This document shows, in pieces, positions 40,184-49,577 of a stretch of 64,000 bases of DNA. A program made the position numbers and the translations under genes. Source of the DNA: a virus; IMG/VR virus record IMGVR_UViG_3300033148_003376, positions 39,594-103,593 of that record; one strand, written 5' to 3'. The notes beneath the pieces were generated by a model. That model was not told where the DNA came from. It worked only from the letters and a program-made list of their open reading frames with translations, and did no database searches. Position 1 is the stretch's first letter. Every line of letters begins with the position of its first letter.

Positions 40184-41839
40184 TTACTTGTTCATGACCG
40201 GCTTGACTCCGCTTCTGAGACCGCTCAGGTTTGCCATGATTCTCGCGGCTCTCGAACCTGAAGCTTTGTAGCTCTCGCGGATCGGCTCGGGTTTGGGATC
40301 TCCGTTGTCATCCCTTTTCTTGTACTGAACCAGATTCGCGTTTTTTTCTTTCAGGTCTTCGAGGAAAGTCCGTACCTCTTGCATTCCCTCTTCGACTGTT
40401 TTGGTTTCGCCTTTGCCCATCTTCGTATAGGTATTGAAAACGGTCGACTCGTCGAACCCGAGTTCTTCGCCGAGTTCCTTACAGTCTACTTTTGCCTTGT
40501 CGTCTTCCATGGACTCAGCCATGCTGTCTGCTTCGTCGATGCATGTTTTGACTTCTTCGACGGAACCGCTTTCGAGGTACCCATCGATCGTCTCTTTGGC
40601 TTTGCTGAGAGTTTCACGGACTTGCTCGGGAGTTGATTCCAGATCGTTCCAGCGCGACAAGAGAGCCATGCCTTCAGTGATGGATTTTTGGACTTCTTCG
40701 AGAGGACCAAGTTCCTGGAAGGCTTTCAGCTTTTCGAGGATCTCTTCACCCTTCCTGATAGACTCGCGGACCTCGTCGACTTCGCCGATTTCCCGGTAGG
40801 CTTTCAGATCGGTTTCGAGACGATCGAGTGCTTCGTTGATCTTACCGGGTTCACCGAGTTCCTGGTACTTTTTGAGAACGTCTCCGTCTTCGTTGAGAGT
40901 CTGAAGGTTCTCTTTCAGATTGTTGTTTTCGTCGGTGAGAACGGCATTCACGCCCTTGGTCTCTTCCAGTGTACCGAGAGCCCTTTCGAGGTCGAGCTTC
41001 AGCTTCGCGCTTTCGTTACTCAGGTTTTCGATCAGGGTGTCTTTGGGATCTACTGCTTGTGGCATATCGTCATCCTCTCTTGATGTTTGTGTGTTTTCGT
41101 TCGTGGGTATGGGAGCGTCGTTTTTACCTTTATGGTAATTGTTCACCACGACACTCGACACGTTGCCTTGGATGCTGACTGTCTTGTCTCCTTCGATATC
41201 TGTCGATGGGTCTTCTGTCGACTCACCGAAAACCTCATTGAGGGATTCAGCTATCTGTGGGTTGGCTTCCAAAAATCCAGGTTCCATTACAAAATCAAAC
41301 CCTTCGAGGAAGAAATTGTCAGGATCCACGCAGGGCATTCCGTCCTTTTTGCCCTTGTATTTGCCTTTGGCACGTGATGATGAAAACAATTCGCAACCTG
41401 CTCGTTTGACAGTGTTCAAAATCTGACCCGCGGGAGTGTTGAGAATCCACGCCTCGCCATATCCTTTGATCCCGTTGTGGTTTTCCTTGAGGTCTACCAC
41501 TACATGAGAGATCTTGCCGTCCAGAAGAGCCTGGTCGTTGATTTCCTGCTCGTGTCCGATCGTCCCGAACATCCTCTTGCCTTTGAGCTTCTCTAGGATA
41601 GTCTTCTTGACGAGTTGTTTGAGCCAAACAAGAGCCTCGTAGAAGCGTCCGTTCCTGGACTTACCGTCGAGAACGAAGAAAGGTCCCTTGATCTTGCCAA
41701 GAATGGCCGGTCCTTGACCACTCGTCTTCGCTCCAGATTCGGTCAAGATCTGTTCAGCATCGGCTTGAGACTGATCGTCCGCGTCCTCATAGACAAAGTC
41801 AGACGCAGGTGTGAAATCATCACGCAGGATTTCCATCAT
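40184..41839 (-). CDS. prohead protease (T4 gp21-like) fused to scaffolding domain
   Basis: SRNGRFY, GTIGH, ISH, ILNTPAGQIL, SSRAKG, FDFVMEPGF.EA; Glu-rich coiled-coil C-terminal half; GGAGG before ATG 41839. Confidence 0.9.
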   Translation of the reverse strand: MMEILRDDFTPASDFVYEDADDQSQADAEQILTESGAKTSGQGPAILGKIKGPFFVLDGKSRNGRFYEALVWLKQLVKKTILEKLKGKRMFGTIGHEQEINDQALLDGKISHVVVDLKENHNGIKGYGEAWILNTPAGQILNTVKRAGCELFSSSRAKGKYKGKKDGMPCVDPDNFFLEGFDFVMEPGFLEANPQIAESLNEVFGESTEDPSTDIEGDKTVSIQGNVSSVVVNNYHKGKNDAPIPTNENTQTSREDDDMPQAVDPKDTLIENLSNESAKLKLDLERALGTLEETKGVNAVLTDENNNLKENLQTLNEDGDVLKKYQELGEPGKINEALDRLETDLKAYREIGEVDEVRESIRKGEEILEKLKAFQELGPLEEVQKSITEGMALLSRWNDLESTPEQVRETLSKAKETIDGYLESGSVEEVKTCIDEADSMAESMEDDKAKVDCKELGEELGFDESTVFNTYTKMGKGETKTVEEGMQEVRTFLEDLKEKNANLVQYKKRDDNGDPKPEPIRESYKASGSRAARIMANLSGLRSGVKPVMNK

Positions 41840-42238
41840 AAGATGCCTCCGTTTTATGTTCAAAACTCATAGCTGTCATGAAGTGATGATCAAGAAATGA
41901 GATGTAGACGAACGTAGAAGGTTTTCGTAGGGAAAACGAATCTCGGGTTGGTTTACTATATAGCCTATTCAATAGTTAAAGCATTCTAAGGACTCCTTTA
42001 CAATTTTGTATTTTGATAAACATCGACACTTTGCCAGGTGTATTCATGAAGATATTGGGATGAGTTCAATTAGGAACGATGTTCGTTTAGATGGGTAGGG
42101 TCAGTCTTTTTTCTAAGACATTTCAACGTCTCTCGACCAGGAAGCAGTCATAATAGAAGTTTGAACGTTTGGTAGACTCAGATAGATTTCGTCCTTAGAC
42201 GTGTCTAAGTATCATCAAACTTCTTTTCCAAGACATGT

Positions 42239-42937
42239 TTATCCTACGATCATTTTTACTGCGTCAACGTAACAAGGCTCATCTTCATTTCGCTTTGCCA
42301 AGATCTCCTCGAACTGTCTGAGTACGTTTTCAAACTTCCTCGACTTCGCATCGGCGATCTCGGATATGAGATATTTCCGTTCCACCATTCTCGTGAGTAA
42401 TTCAACATCGTCTTTGTCGATGTTCTCATCAAAGGCGTAGACCTTCTGTTCGATACTACTCAATGCAGCATAGGCGTCTTCGTAAAAAATGAAATAGTCC
42501 ACGTACACGTCCACCGACATATAGAAATGAGACTCGATCAACAGATGTGTCTTTGCAGACGCGATAGCCTTGAGGGTATCGAGAACGATATCAACGGATT
42601 CGTTCTTATTGCCGACTAAGCTATCGCTCCTATAAAATTGTCGAGTCGCGATGAATCGAGCCAGACTTCGATGGAACCGTTTTCCAGCGGTCGACCGATG
42701 AAAGCGTTTGATTCCTTTCATGATTTTATATCGAAATTTACGCCACTCTGCTTTCGTGACTTGAGATCTTCGGAAGTCGACGAGCTTGGGTATGAACAGG
42801 CGACGTTTCCGGATGACCATCTCGACAAGCTCTGCAGTCGGTTTGAAATCCTTACCAGCAGAGATCTCAGACATGAGATCCATCCTCTCGGCTTCGACCA
42901 AGAACATCATAATATCGTCTTTCGAAGCAAACTTCAC
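42239..42937 (-). CDS. putative prohead core protein with basic segment
   Basis: AAGGAG then GTG at 42937 (GTGA overlap); RRSQ..K..WR..R...GIKRFHRST.GKRFHR. Confidence 0.6.
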   Translation of the reverse strand: MKFASKDDIMMFLVEAERMDLMSEISAGKDFKPTAELVEMVIRKRRLFIPKLVDFRRSQVTKAEWRKFRYKIMKGIKRFHRSTAGKRFHRSLARFIATRQFYRSDSLVGNKNESVDIVLDTLKAIASAKTHLLIESHFYMSVDVYVDYFIFYEDAYAALSSIEQKVYAFDENIDKDDVELLTRMVERKYLISEIADAKSRKFENVLRQFEEILAKRNEDEPCYVDAVKMIVG

Positions 42938-43245
42938 ACCGATCTCCTTGATAGCATAGACTTTTTCCCACACGCTATGATAAAATTGTCCACCTTGGTT
43001 ATGAGACACTTCACTGAGTTTTTCTCCATGTACTTGACGCTTTTCAACATCGTCAACATGTTATTGATGTCATGGACCTTCGATGGATATCTCCGCACGA
43101 CGGACTCAAGTGCTTTGATCCTCTTCTCGATCTCACTGTCATGTCCATTTCTCTCGATGATATCAAGAAATTGTCTAGCGAGACTTTTACCCTTTGGAGA
43201 TGATCCGACTGGTGCTGTTAAACAGGCGTCGTGCATATTGCTCAT
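42934..43245 (-). CDS. hypothetical protein with leader-like motif; start uncertain
   Basis: Contains KSLARQFLDIIERN; stop coupled to the next gene. Confidence 0.55.
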   Translation of the reverse strand: MSNMHDACLTAPVGSSPKGKSLARQFLDIIERNGHDSEIEKRIKALESVVRRYPSKVHDINNMLTMLKSVKYMEKNSVKCLITKVDNFIIACGKKSMLSRRSV

Positions 43246-43402
43246 CCTCCGTCGTGTACGCTGTGTTCAGTATAGCAATCGCAGTCTGGATGTCACGTCT
43301 AGCAGACCCGTCGGATTCCTTGGCGTACCTCGATGAAAGCTTGTGGGTACGTCTCAGGATCTGAGTGTAGATCTGCGCGGATTTGGGATTCTTCTTGGCC
43401 AA
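43187..43402 (-). CDS. small helical hypothetical protein
   Basis: 71 aa, TTG start, operon context. Confidence 0.6.
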   Translation of the reverse strand: MAKKNPKSAQIYTQILRRTHKLSSRYAKESDGSARRDIQTAIAILNTAYTTEDEQYARRLFNSTSRIISKG

Positions 43403-43415
43403 AGCTATGCCTTCG

Positions 43416-43886
43416 TCAATGTTCCAGGTTCACTGACCCGTCGTCCTTGATCTTGAAATCGAAACCAGAGAGTTCTTTCTTGACGTTCTTCCTCATCATC
43501 CTGAGATACGACACGATGGCCTTCATGACAGATGAAATGAACTTCGTCCTGTCGGGTTCAGGTGTATTGAGAAATCCCATCTCTACGCTCGATACTACCT
43601 TGGAAATCGTCTGTTCATCCTTCGACCCAGTCCTGAACTTCGACGGTACCGCCATGTAGAAATTATTCAGCTCGTACCCGTCGCCGGTCTTACCAATATC
43701 GAGAACGATGTTCAAGTCGGTCTTGCCTTCGTAGTAAGCATAGTCGTCTTCGACGTCGACGAATCGGTCTCGCTTGGCCTTGATACCGAACTTGGACAGG
43801 ATCTCTGTGATGATCTTGACAAACTCGTTGTCTTCGACGCCTTCGGCTAGACGACACGTGGATAGAACATCATGAACAATAGACAT
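43416..43886 (-). CDS. leader-tagged protein
   Basis: GAGGT RBS; MSIVHDVLSTCRLAE. Confidence 0.7.
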   Translation of the reverse strand: MSIVHDVLSTCRLAEGVEDNEFVKIITEILSKFGIKAKRDRFVDVEDDYAYYEGKTDLNIVLDIGKTGDGYELNNFYMAVPSKFRTGSKDEQTISKVVSSVEMGFLNTPEPDRTKFISSVMKAIVSYLRMMRKNVKKELSGFDFKIKDDGSVNLEH

Positions 43887-43900
43887 GCGTGACCTCGTAT

Positions 43901-44674
43901 TTATGCACCCGTTACCTTGTAACCCTTCGGCGTTTTCTGCTTACCCAGTTTGGATCCCTTCCTGACCTTGAGTGATTTTTTCAATGCACGAGAGATCTGA
44001 GATTTCTTGCTCTTCCTTTTCGCGACTCCCTTGCGAATCCCAGCTTTTTGTTTCGCTGTTAGATGACGTCGTTTTTTCCTTTTTACCAAAGTGAGCTTGA
44101 CCTTTTTCCCACCTCTTACCACTGTCTTGAAGCGTTCGTCAATCTCATAGACATCGTCGCCGAATTTGATCTTGTCGGTACCGCTCTCGATGAAGACTAT
44201 CTCGTCGTCGAAGACTGCGACATAACACTCCTCGATTTCACCGGTCTCCGAGTCGGGTATTCCGTCGATATCACCAGCCTGAAGAATCGTAGACAGTGTC
44301 GACTTGTTCATCCATGTCAGATCGGCGAGTTCGATTGTCTCGACGAAACCGTCTCTGTTGATGGTCGGTTCCACCGTACCGAGATCGACAATAATGTGTT
44401 CTTCGTCCATCTCGTCGCCGACGATCATAGCAAACGGTCCCTCGACTGGATCCATTCCGAATAAGACAGAAGAAACGTCTCCTTCGTAATCCTCGAACGT
44501 AACAACGATGTCTCCGTCCCCAAGAGGATCAACTCCTTTGACCACGACGCCATCGAAATCGAACTCGGCTAGTTTGCCCGCGAAAGCATCCTTGACCGCT
44601 TGTATACTTCGCACACCGAGATTGGGAAAACCGAGATTGTGCATTTTCTTCAGAACATCTCCAGCTCGTGACAT
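43901..44674 (-). CDS. prohead core protein (T4 gp68-like C-terminus), leader-tagged
   Basis: Leader MSRAGDVLKKM; acidic body; IDE|RFKTVVRGG...LTAKQK..IRK...R very basic tail. Confidence 0.65.
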   Translation of the reverse strand: MSRAGDVLKKMHNLGFPNLGVRSIQAVKDAFAGKLAEFDFDGVVVKGVDPLGDGDIVVTFEDYEGDVSSVLFGMDPVEGPFAMIVGDEMDEEHIIVDLGTVEPTINRDGFVETIELADLTWMNKSTLSTILQAGDIDGIPDSETGEIEECYVAVFDDEIVFIESGTDKIKFGDDVYEIDERFKTVVRGGKKVKLTLVKRKKRRHLTAKQKAGIRKGVAKRKSKKSQISRALKKSLKVRKGSKLGKQKTPKGYKVTGA

Positions 44675-44686
44675 ATCGTCCTCCTA

Positions 44687-44740
44687 TTGACATGCGATTG
44701 ATTTCATGTTAAATTTCGCAGAATTTTAATTCTACGAAAA
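44687..44740 (+). promoter_or_regulatory. antisense sigma70-type promoter plus palindrome, copy 1
   Basis: TTGACA-17-TAAATT with TG extension; tttcgcagaatt-tt-aattctacgaaa at 44714-44739. Confidence 0.75.
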
Positions 44741-44741
44741 A

Positions 44742-45770
44742 TCAATTTTCAAACATCTCCAAGTCACCACCGTCAATCCTCGGACCAAGACTATCAGCCA
44801 CAATCTCCAGCTCGGGTGATGCAATTGGTATTGGTGGCGATGTCGGCGTTGCAGGTTTCTGCTTATCAGCCAGTTTCTGATTGAACTTTCGGATCTCCTT
44901 GACGATATGTGTCGAGTAGAACGTGATCGCTTCTGTCGCCAGCTTATTGAGCGATCTCACTTCACTCTTGTCCATACCAAAGAGTTTCACCATGTTGTCT
45001 ACCCACCAGGAAATCGGCATACCGAACATGGCCAACTGCCATCCAAACGGTGTCCATGGGTCAAGGTGGTCAGCAATCGCTTTCGTGATCAGAGCTGAGA
45101 TAGCCTGTGGTGTATTGAGAAGCTTTTCATCGTGCAACACACGGTTCGCTGCTTTGACATCGGCTGTCAGCATACCCTTGTTCGGTCCCCTCATGATCGG
45201 TCGGACAAACTTCTTGTCTTTCATATCCGCAAGAAGAATCTCGACATTCGGTTCCGTTGGGTTCTTCAGAAAATTCAAGACCTGGTCCTTGAGATCACTA
45301 GGAACGATGCCAGCTTGTTTTGTTACGAACTTTTCCTTCTCGGTAATTTCCTTCTCGGCTGCATTGAAGATCTGGTTCATCTGCTTTTTGTACTTCTCGT
45401 ACTGGAGCTTGAGGTACTCGCGGAACTTCTCGGTCCTGTCTTCGGGAGGTATCTTCTTGACCCTGGCAAATCCGACACCAAACATTTTCTCGGCGTCACG
45501 TTTCGAGAGAAACACCGATTTGACGAGTATTGGTTTGAGACTCCGTATGTTTTTCAAATCCCTATCAAGATCTTGGTATATCTTGACGACCACCTCGGGA
45601 ACACTCAACCCGGCATTGTCGAAGAACCCCATGGTAAGAAGAGCAGTAAACGGTTCGCGTTCAAACACATAGAGTCTACCGGTTTTAGTCTTGTAGATCT
45701 TTGACGGTTCCATAGCACCGCGCTTTTTTGCGGCTTCGATGAGGAGTAGTAGATTCTGTACGAGATTCAT
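44742..45770 (-). CDS. leader-tagged hypothetical protein
   Basis: AAGGAG RBS; MNLVQNLLLLIEAA; 342 aa. Confidence 0.75.
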   Translation of the reverse strand: MNLVQNLLLLIEAAKKRGAMEPSKIYKTKTGRLYVFEREPFTALLTMGFFDNAGLSVPEVVVKIYQDLDRDLKNIRSLKPILVKSVFLSKRDAEKMFGVGFARVKKIPPEDRTEKFREYLKLQYEKYKKQMNQIFNAAEKEITEKEKFVTKQAGIVPSDLKDQVLNFLKNPTEPNVEILLADMKDKKFVRPIMRGPNKGMLTADVKAANRVLHDEKLLNTPQAISALITKAIADHLDPWTPFGWQLAMFGMPISWWVDNMVKLFGMDKSEVRSLNKLATEAITFYSTHIVKEIRKFNQKLADKQKPATPTSPPIPIASPELEIVADSLGPRIDGGDLEMFEN

Positions 45771-45780
45771 TTGATTCTCC

Positions 45781-46881
45781 TTACAACGCGTTCATCTTTT
45801 CCAGGAAATCACTTGCGACTGAGCCATACTCTACATGACTTTCCCAGATCGCATTCTTATTGTATTCCTTCAACTCGGCAGTCATGTAGTCTATCATCTT
45901 GGATTCTGATGAGATCTTTTTCGATTCTTTCATGAGTCTCACAAAGAACTCGATGGTCGCCAGTGATTCAGGAAGCGAAACAGCCGCAATCGGAGAGATC
46001 CGCTTGTTTTTACCGTAGAGACCGTTGATGTGCCAAGCAGCGACCTTGAGCATTGTCGTACGGAAGATCATGAGTCTGAGTTCATCCTTGATCGGAATGA
46101 CCCATGTGTCTTTACTGTGGTACTTCGCGCCGATTCGATCGTTGAGTCCGGTCTCGAAATCCCGTCGCTTGAACTTGCGTTTCTTCTTCCCGGCGAAGAT
46201 GTCGGTGAGTTTCTTGACCGGGAATAGCTTTGATGGAGTCGCGAGATCTCTCGTGTTCTTCTTCGAGTCCCAGGTACGTTTTCCCATCTTCTGTTTGAGT
46301 CCATCATGATAGAGATGGAGATCCACGTAGAATGGGAATGTTGCGCCTTCCTCGCCGCCACCGAGAGATGTTTCGAGTCTCACCTTGTATAGTGAAACAT
46401 CGATCTGAATATAAAACACCAGAGTTCGATCCGGTGTGAAAAATTCGTATTCAAGAAGTACGAGATCGCCATATAGACCAGTCGGTATTTTCTCGACCTC
46501 GCTATATTTGAGAGTCTTCCCTGAGTACTTCTCGAAATACTTCAGGTAGACATCCGGTTTGAACATGTCTTTGAGGAGCTTGAGAACGATCGTGGACTTT
46601 CGTCTCTTCTCTTCGGCGTCCGCTTCCCGTTCGGCTTGTCGACTGGATATTGATGTACCTTTACCGGTACCGTGTTTTTGTAGATACTCGTATGCCGCGT
46701 TGACCTTTTGTTGCATCTCGGTCGTACCACCTCGATCCGGATGGTGTTTGAGACTGGCCTTTCTGTAGACTACCTTGAGATCGTAGTCCTGGGTCGGATC
46801 GATCTCAAGAACTTCCATGGCCATCTCTGAGGTCATGTTGAATTCGAGAATAAGGTCGAGGAAGTCGGATGCGATAGTCAT
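45781..46881 (-). CDS. J-domain (DnaJ-type) protein, leader motif at both ends
   Basis: EVLEI...LKVVYRKASLKHHPDRGG..EMQQKVNAAYEYL; N-term MTIASDFLDLILE, C-term SVASDFLEKMNAL. Confidence 0.88.
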   Translation of the reverse strand: MTIASDFLDLILEFNMTSEMAMEVLEIDPTQDYDLKVVYRKASLKHHPDRGGTTEMQQKVNAAYEYLQKHGTGKGTSISSRQAEREADAEEKRRKSTIVLKLLKDMFKPDVYLKYFEKYSGKTLKYSEVEKIPTGLYGDLVLLEYEFFTPDRTLVFYIQIDVSLYKVRLETSLGGGEEGATFPFYVDLHLYHDGLKQKMGKRTWDSKKNTRDLATPSKLFPVKKLTDIFAGKKKRKFKRRDFETGLNDRIGAKYHSKDTWVIPIKDELRLMIFRTTMLKVAAWHINGLYGKNKRISPIAAVSLPESLATIEFFVRLMKESKKISSESKMIDYMTAELKEYNKNAIWESHVEYGSVASDFLEKMNAL

Positions 46882-46888
46882 GATTTCC

Positions 46889-47092
46889 TCACTTGATTCC
46901 GAGTCTCGAATAGAGAAGCCTGATATCGTTCGCAGTGCTACTCAGGGCACCGATCGCACCAGCGAGTTCTCGCTTGACTCTCTTGTTGTCTGTCGCTTTC
47001 GATTCGGTATTCATCGCCTGGGTACCCGAATCGATCGCATCGAGAATATCTTTCTTGTCTTTGATGAGTGTCTTTTCATCTCCGAATGGCAT
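46889..47092 (-). CDS. small hypothetical protein
   Basis: 67 aa, AAAGGA RBS. Confidence 0.6.
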   Translation of the reverse strand: MPFGDEKTLIKDKKDILDAIDSGTQAMNTESKATDNKRVKRELAGAIGALSSTANDIRLLYSRLGIK

Positions 47093-47105
47093 GATGATAT
47101 CCTTT

Positions 47106-47366
47106 CTACCGAATTTTGAGCTTCTTGTATTGTGACATGATGTAGCTTCTCTTTGACTTCAGTTCATTGATCGCGTAGTCGATCACCCTCGCGAGTTTTT
47201 GATCCGTTAACACGATCTCCGACCTCTCCATCTGGAGATTCGACACGGCTTTATCGATAGAGTCCATGACTGCGATTTCACTCTTTCTCAGAGCCTTGAC
47301 ATCGGAGTATTCCGGCTTCGCAATGGCTTCTTCGATGGTGTCGTTAAGATCTTGTACAAGGCTCAT
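47106..47366 (-). CDS. leader-tagged small protein
   Basis: GAGGTG RBS; MSLVQDLNDTIEEA. Confidence 0.8.
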   Translation of the reverse strand: MSLVQDLNDTIEEAIAKPEYSDVKALRKSEIAVMDSIDKAVSNLQMERSEIVLTDQKLARVIDYAINELKSKRSYIMSQYKKLKIR

Positions 47367-47376
47367 GATTCACCTC

Positions 47377-47437
47377 TTGACTTCAGTTTCACTTTATGGC
47401 AAAATTCGCGGAATTTCGTTTACGTAATCCCACGAAA
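47377..47437 (+). promoter_or_regulatory. antisense sigma70-type promoter plus palindrome, copy 2
   Basis: TTGACT-17-CAAAAT with TG extension; ttcgcggaatt...aatcccacgaa with longer loop. Confidence 0.65.
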
Positions 47438-47438
47438 C

Positions 47439-47663
47439 TTACTCGAACTTCCAACCTGAGTGTTTACCATCAAGAATAAGTTCGATTTGCTCCTTAGCTG
47501 CTTTCTCGCTGGCGGCATTCGTACTGATTTGATAAACGTTCGTCGGTCCTCCTTCATCATCGTTCAGGTCAATTTTGACATTGAAACTAAACTTGAGAAG
47601 CTTGGCCTTAGACTCGTTACATGCTTTCTTGATGTCATCCAGAAATTTCTTCGCAATTCCCAT
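47439..47663 (-). CDS. leader-tagged small protein
   Basis: AAGGAG RBS; MGIAKKFLDDIKKACNES. Confidence 0.8.
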   Translation of the reverse strand: MGIAKKFLDDIKKACNESKAKLLKFSFNVKIDLNDDEGGPTNVYQISTNAASEKAAKEQIELILDGKHSGWKFE

Positions 47664-47674
47664 GACTATCTCCT

Positions 47675-48652
47675 TTACGAACACATATTCAAAAGACGAT
47701 CTGCTTTCGACTCCGCTGGCTTGCCTTCGAAGTTCTCGACGAGTCTTGGCATCTTCCTACCAAGCTTATTGAACTTGGACTCCGGTGCAATGGTCAGATC
47801 CGGTGACGCGACCGACGACAGTCTTTTCAAAGCGTCTTCCAGTTTGTGATCGAGTAGATAATGGGAGATGATCAACTCTCGCAGATGTGCAAATGAGAAC
47901 CCGTCGGTGCGCTCAGAGAGTGCCTTGATCTGATCCGGCTTCTCGATTCCCTTGAGCTTGTGCTTGAGGTAGATCAGACGACCTTCTATCGGAGGATGTC
48001 CCACGTGAATGGTGTAATCGAATCTACCGGGACTCTTGACCCGTTCCGGGATCCGATTCAGATAGTTCGTGGTCGCGATGTAACAGACTCCGTCTACTGA
48101 CATGTTCCCATCGAGAAGCTGAAGGATCTCGTGTTCTCCATATTGCACCAGCTTGTCGAGATCTTCCATGATGCAAAGAAGCTTACGATCCGGTTCGACT
48201 TCCTTGAACATGCGAATCGCGTTGATTGTGATCCCGAGAGACTGGGTATAGAAAACGACGTCGTCCTTGGCGAGTGTGTCCTCGACGAGAATCTTGATCG
48301 CCGACGATTTACCGGATCGATGAGGTCCTTCGAGGAGCATTCCACGGTTATGCAGATACCCGATGTCGTGATACTTCTTTCCCTTCTTCCAGAACTTTTC
48401 GATCTGTGTGAGGATTTCGACATGTTCTTTCATGGGAAACCGGAGAAGCTCATCGCTCTTCAGATCCATTTCCTGGAAATAGACTCCCGCTTGATTACGA
48501 GATGGAACGTAGACACCGGGTTTCAATCTCTTGATGATCTCGATGTCCTCGGGAGCAGGTTTGCTCATACTCCCCTGTTGAATGTATTGTACGAGTTCAC
48601 GCTTTTTCTCTACAGCTTCGCACATACTGAGGAGTCTATCCGCTTTACCCAT
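47675..48652 (-). CDS. AAA+ ATPase (classical AAA clade, BCS1/FtsH-like module), leader motif at both ends
   Basis: GMLLEGPHRSGKS, LLCIMEDLD, ATTNY...PERVKSPGRFD, TDGFSFAHLREL; N-term MGKADRLLSMCE, C-term ESKADRLLNMCS. Confidence 0.88.
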   Translation of the reverse strand: MGKADRLLSMCEAVEKKRELVQYIQQGSMSKPAPEDIEIIKRLKPGVYVPSRNQAGVYFQEMDLKSDELLRFPMKEHVEILTQIEKFWKKGKKYHDIGYLHNRGMLLEGPHRSGKSSAIKILVEDTLAKDDVVFYTQSLGITINAIRMFKEVEPDRKLLCIMEDLDKLVQYGEHEILQLLDGNMSVDGVCYIATTNYLNRIPERVKSPGRFDYTIHVGHPPIEGRLIYLKHKLKGIEKPDQIKALSERTDGFSFAHLRELIISHYLLDHKLEDALKRLSSVASPDLTIAPESKFNKLGRKMPRLVENFEGKPAESKADRLLNMCS

Positions 48653-48696
48653 GAGAGATATCCTTTCAAACCAAGATGATATTTTGGGCATACCTT

Positions 48697-49104
48697 TTAC
48701 GATATACTTGATTGGTTTCCGTCGTTGATCACGTACAATGTCAGTTTTCCTGGTCCAACGGCTGCGCCGTAATACTGTGCAGCGATCTTGGCCAAGTTTT
48801 CCTTCGGGAAACCTGAGATCTCGACCCTATAGAGACCGCTCACGGTAAACTTATAGTTCGGTAGAAGAGTCACGATACCAGTCGTCTCGTCTCTCACAGA
48901 CGGATCATATTCGTTGGTGTCATCGTCGACGATCATCTTCTTGAGCTTGATCTCAAGACCCGTTTCGTCACCCTTCGTGTATTCAACGTAGAGTGCCATT
49001 TTCTGGGTGTTGAGTGTGTTGAACTCTCCCTCGTTGCCAGCGAACGCGCTTGTGAGTAGTACGTCGTCGAAGATCTTCACGGTTCTCTCCTCAATGTTTC
49101 CCAA
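48697..49104 (-). CDS. hypothetical beta-rich protein
   Basis: 135 aa, TTG start. Confidence 0.6.
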   Translation of the reverse strand: MGNIEERTVKIFDDVLLTSAFAGNEGEFNTLNTQKMALYVEYTKGDETGLEIKLKKMIVDDDTNEYDPSVRDETTGIVTLLPNYKFTVSGLYRVEISGFPKENLAKIAAQYYGAAVGPGKLTLYVINDGNQSSIS

Positions 49105-49160
49105 GCCACTTCATCAGTTGATTGAGCGCCTTAGACATCTGTGGTGCAATGGTATCGGTG

Positions 49161-49412
49161 TCATTTTCCGAGCTTCGTCATGACAGCGTTCTTGTTTGCG
49201 TCCCACTCATCCACGAACCACTTGACCAGCTCGGGATCCTGATCGTAGTTTTTGGAGACGTACTCGACGATGGAGTCCTTATTTTCGATGTCGATGCCTT
49301 TGCCTTTCGCGTGTTCGATCGCCGCGAGAACGACAGAGAGGAAACTTTCGTCCATCTCGTAGAGTTTGGATTCGTTGACTACGCTCTGAAGGTCTTTTGC
49401 GGTTGCTGTCAT
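49161..49412 (-). CDS. leader-tagged small protein
   Basis: AAGGAG RBS; MTATAKDLQSVVNES. Confidence 0.75.
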   Translation of the reverse strand: MTATAKDLQSVVNESKLYEMDESFLSVVLAAIEHAKGKGIDIENKDSIVEYVSKNYDQDPELVKWFVDEWDANKNAVMTKLGK

Positions 49413-49577
49413 GATTACGCTCCTTTACATTTATTGATCAAAAAGCCTTGACTTCTACTTCATCATTCTATTACATACCGTCTGCACCAACGACAGACGA
49501 CGCAAATTCTTCAAAGCCCCACCACACATCTTCCTAGATTCACATCACGTTCCTCTTCGTCGTCGTCGTGTGTAATC

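Noticed and set aside
49448-49500. Additional antisense promoter (TTGACT at 49448) with a small downstream hairpin
   Set aside because: No acceptable -10 at 16-18 nt, no TG extension, no shared palindrome
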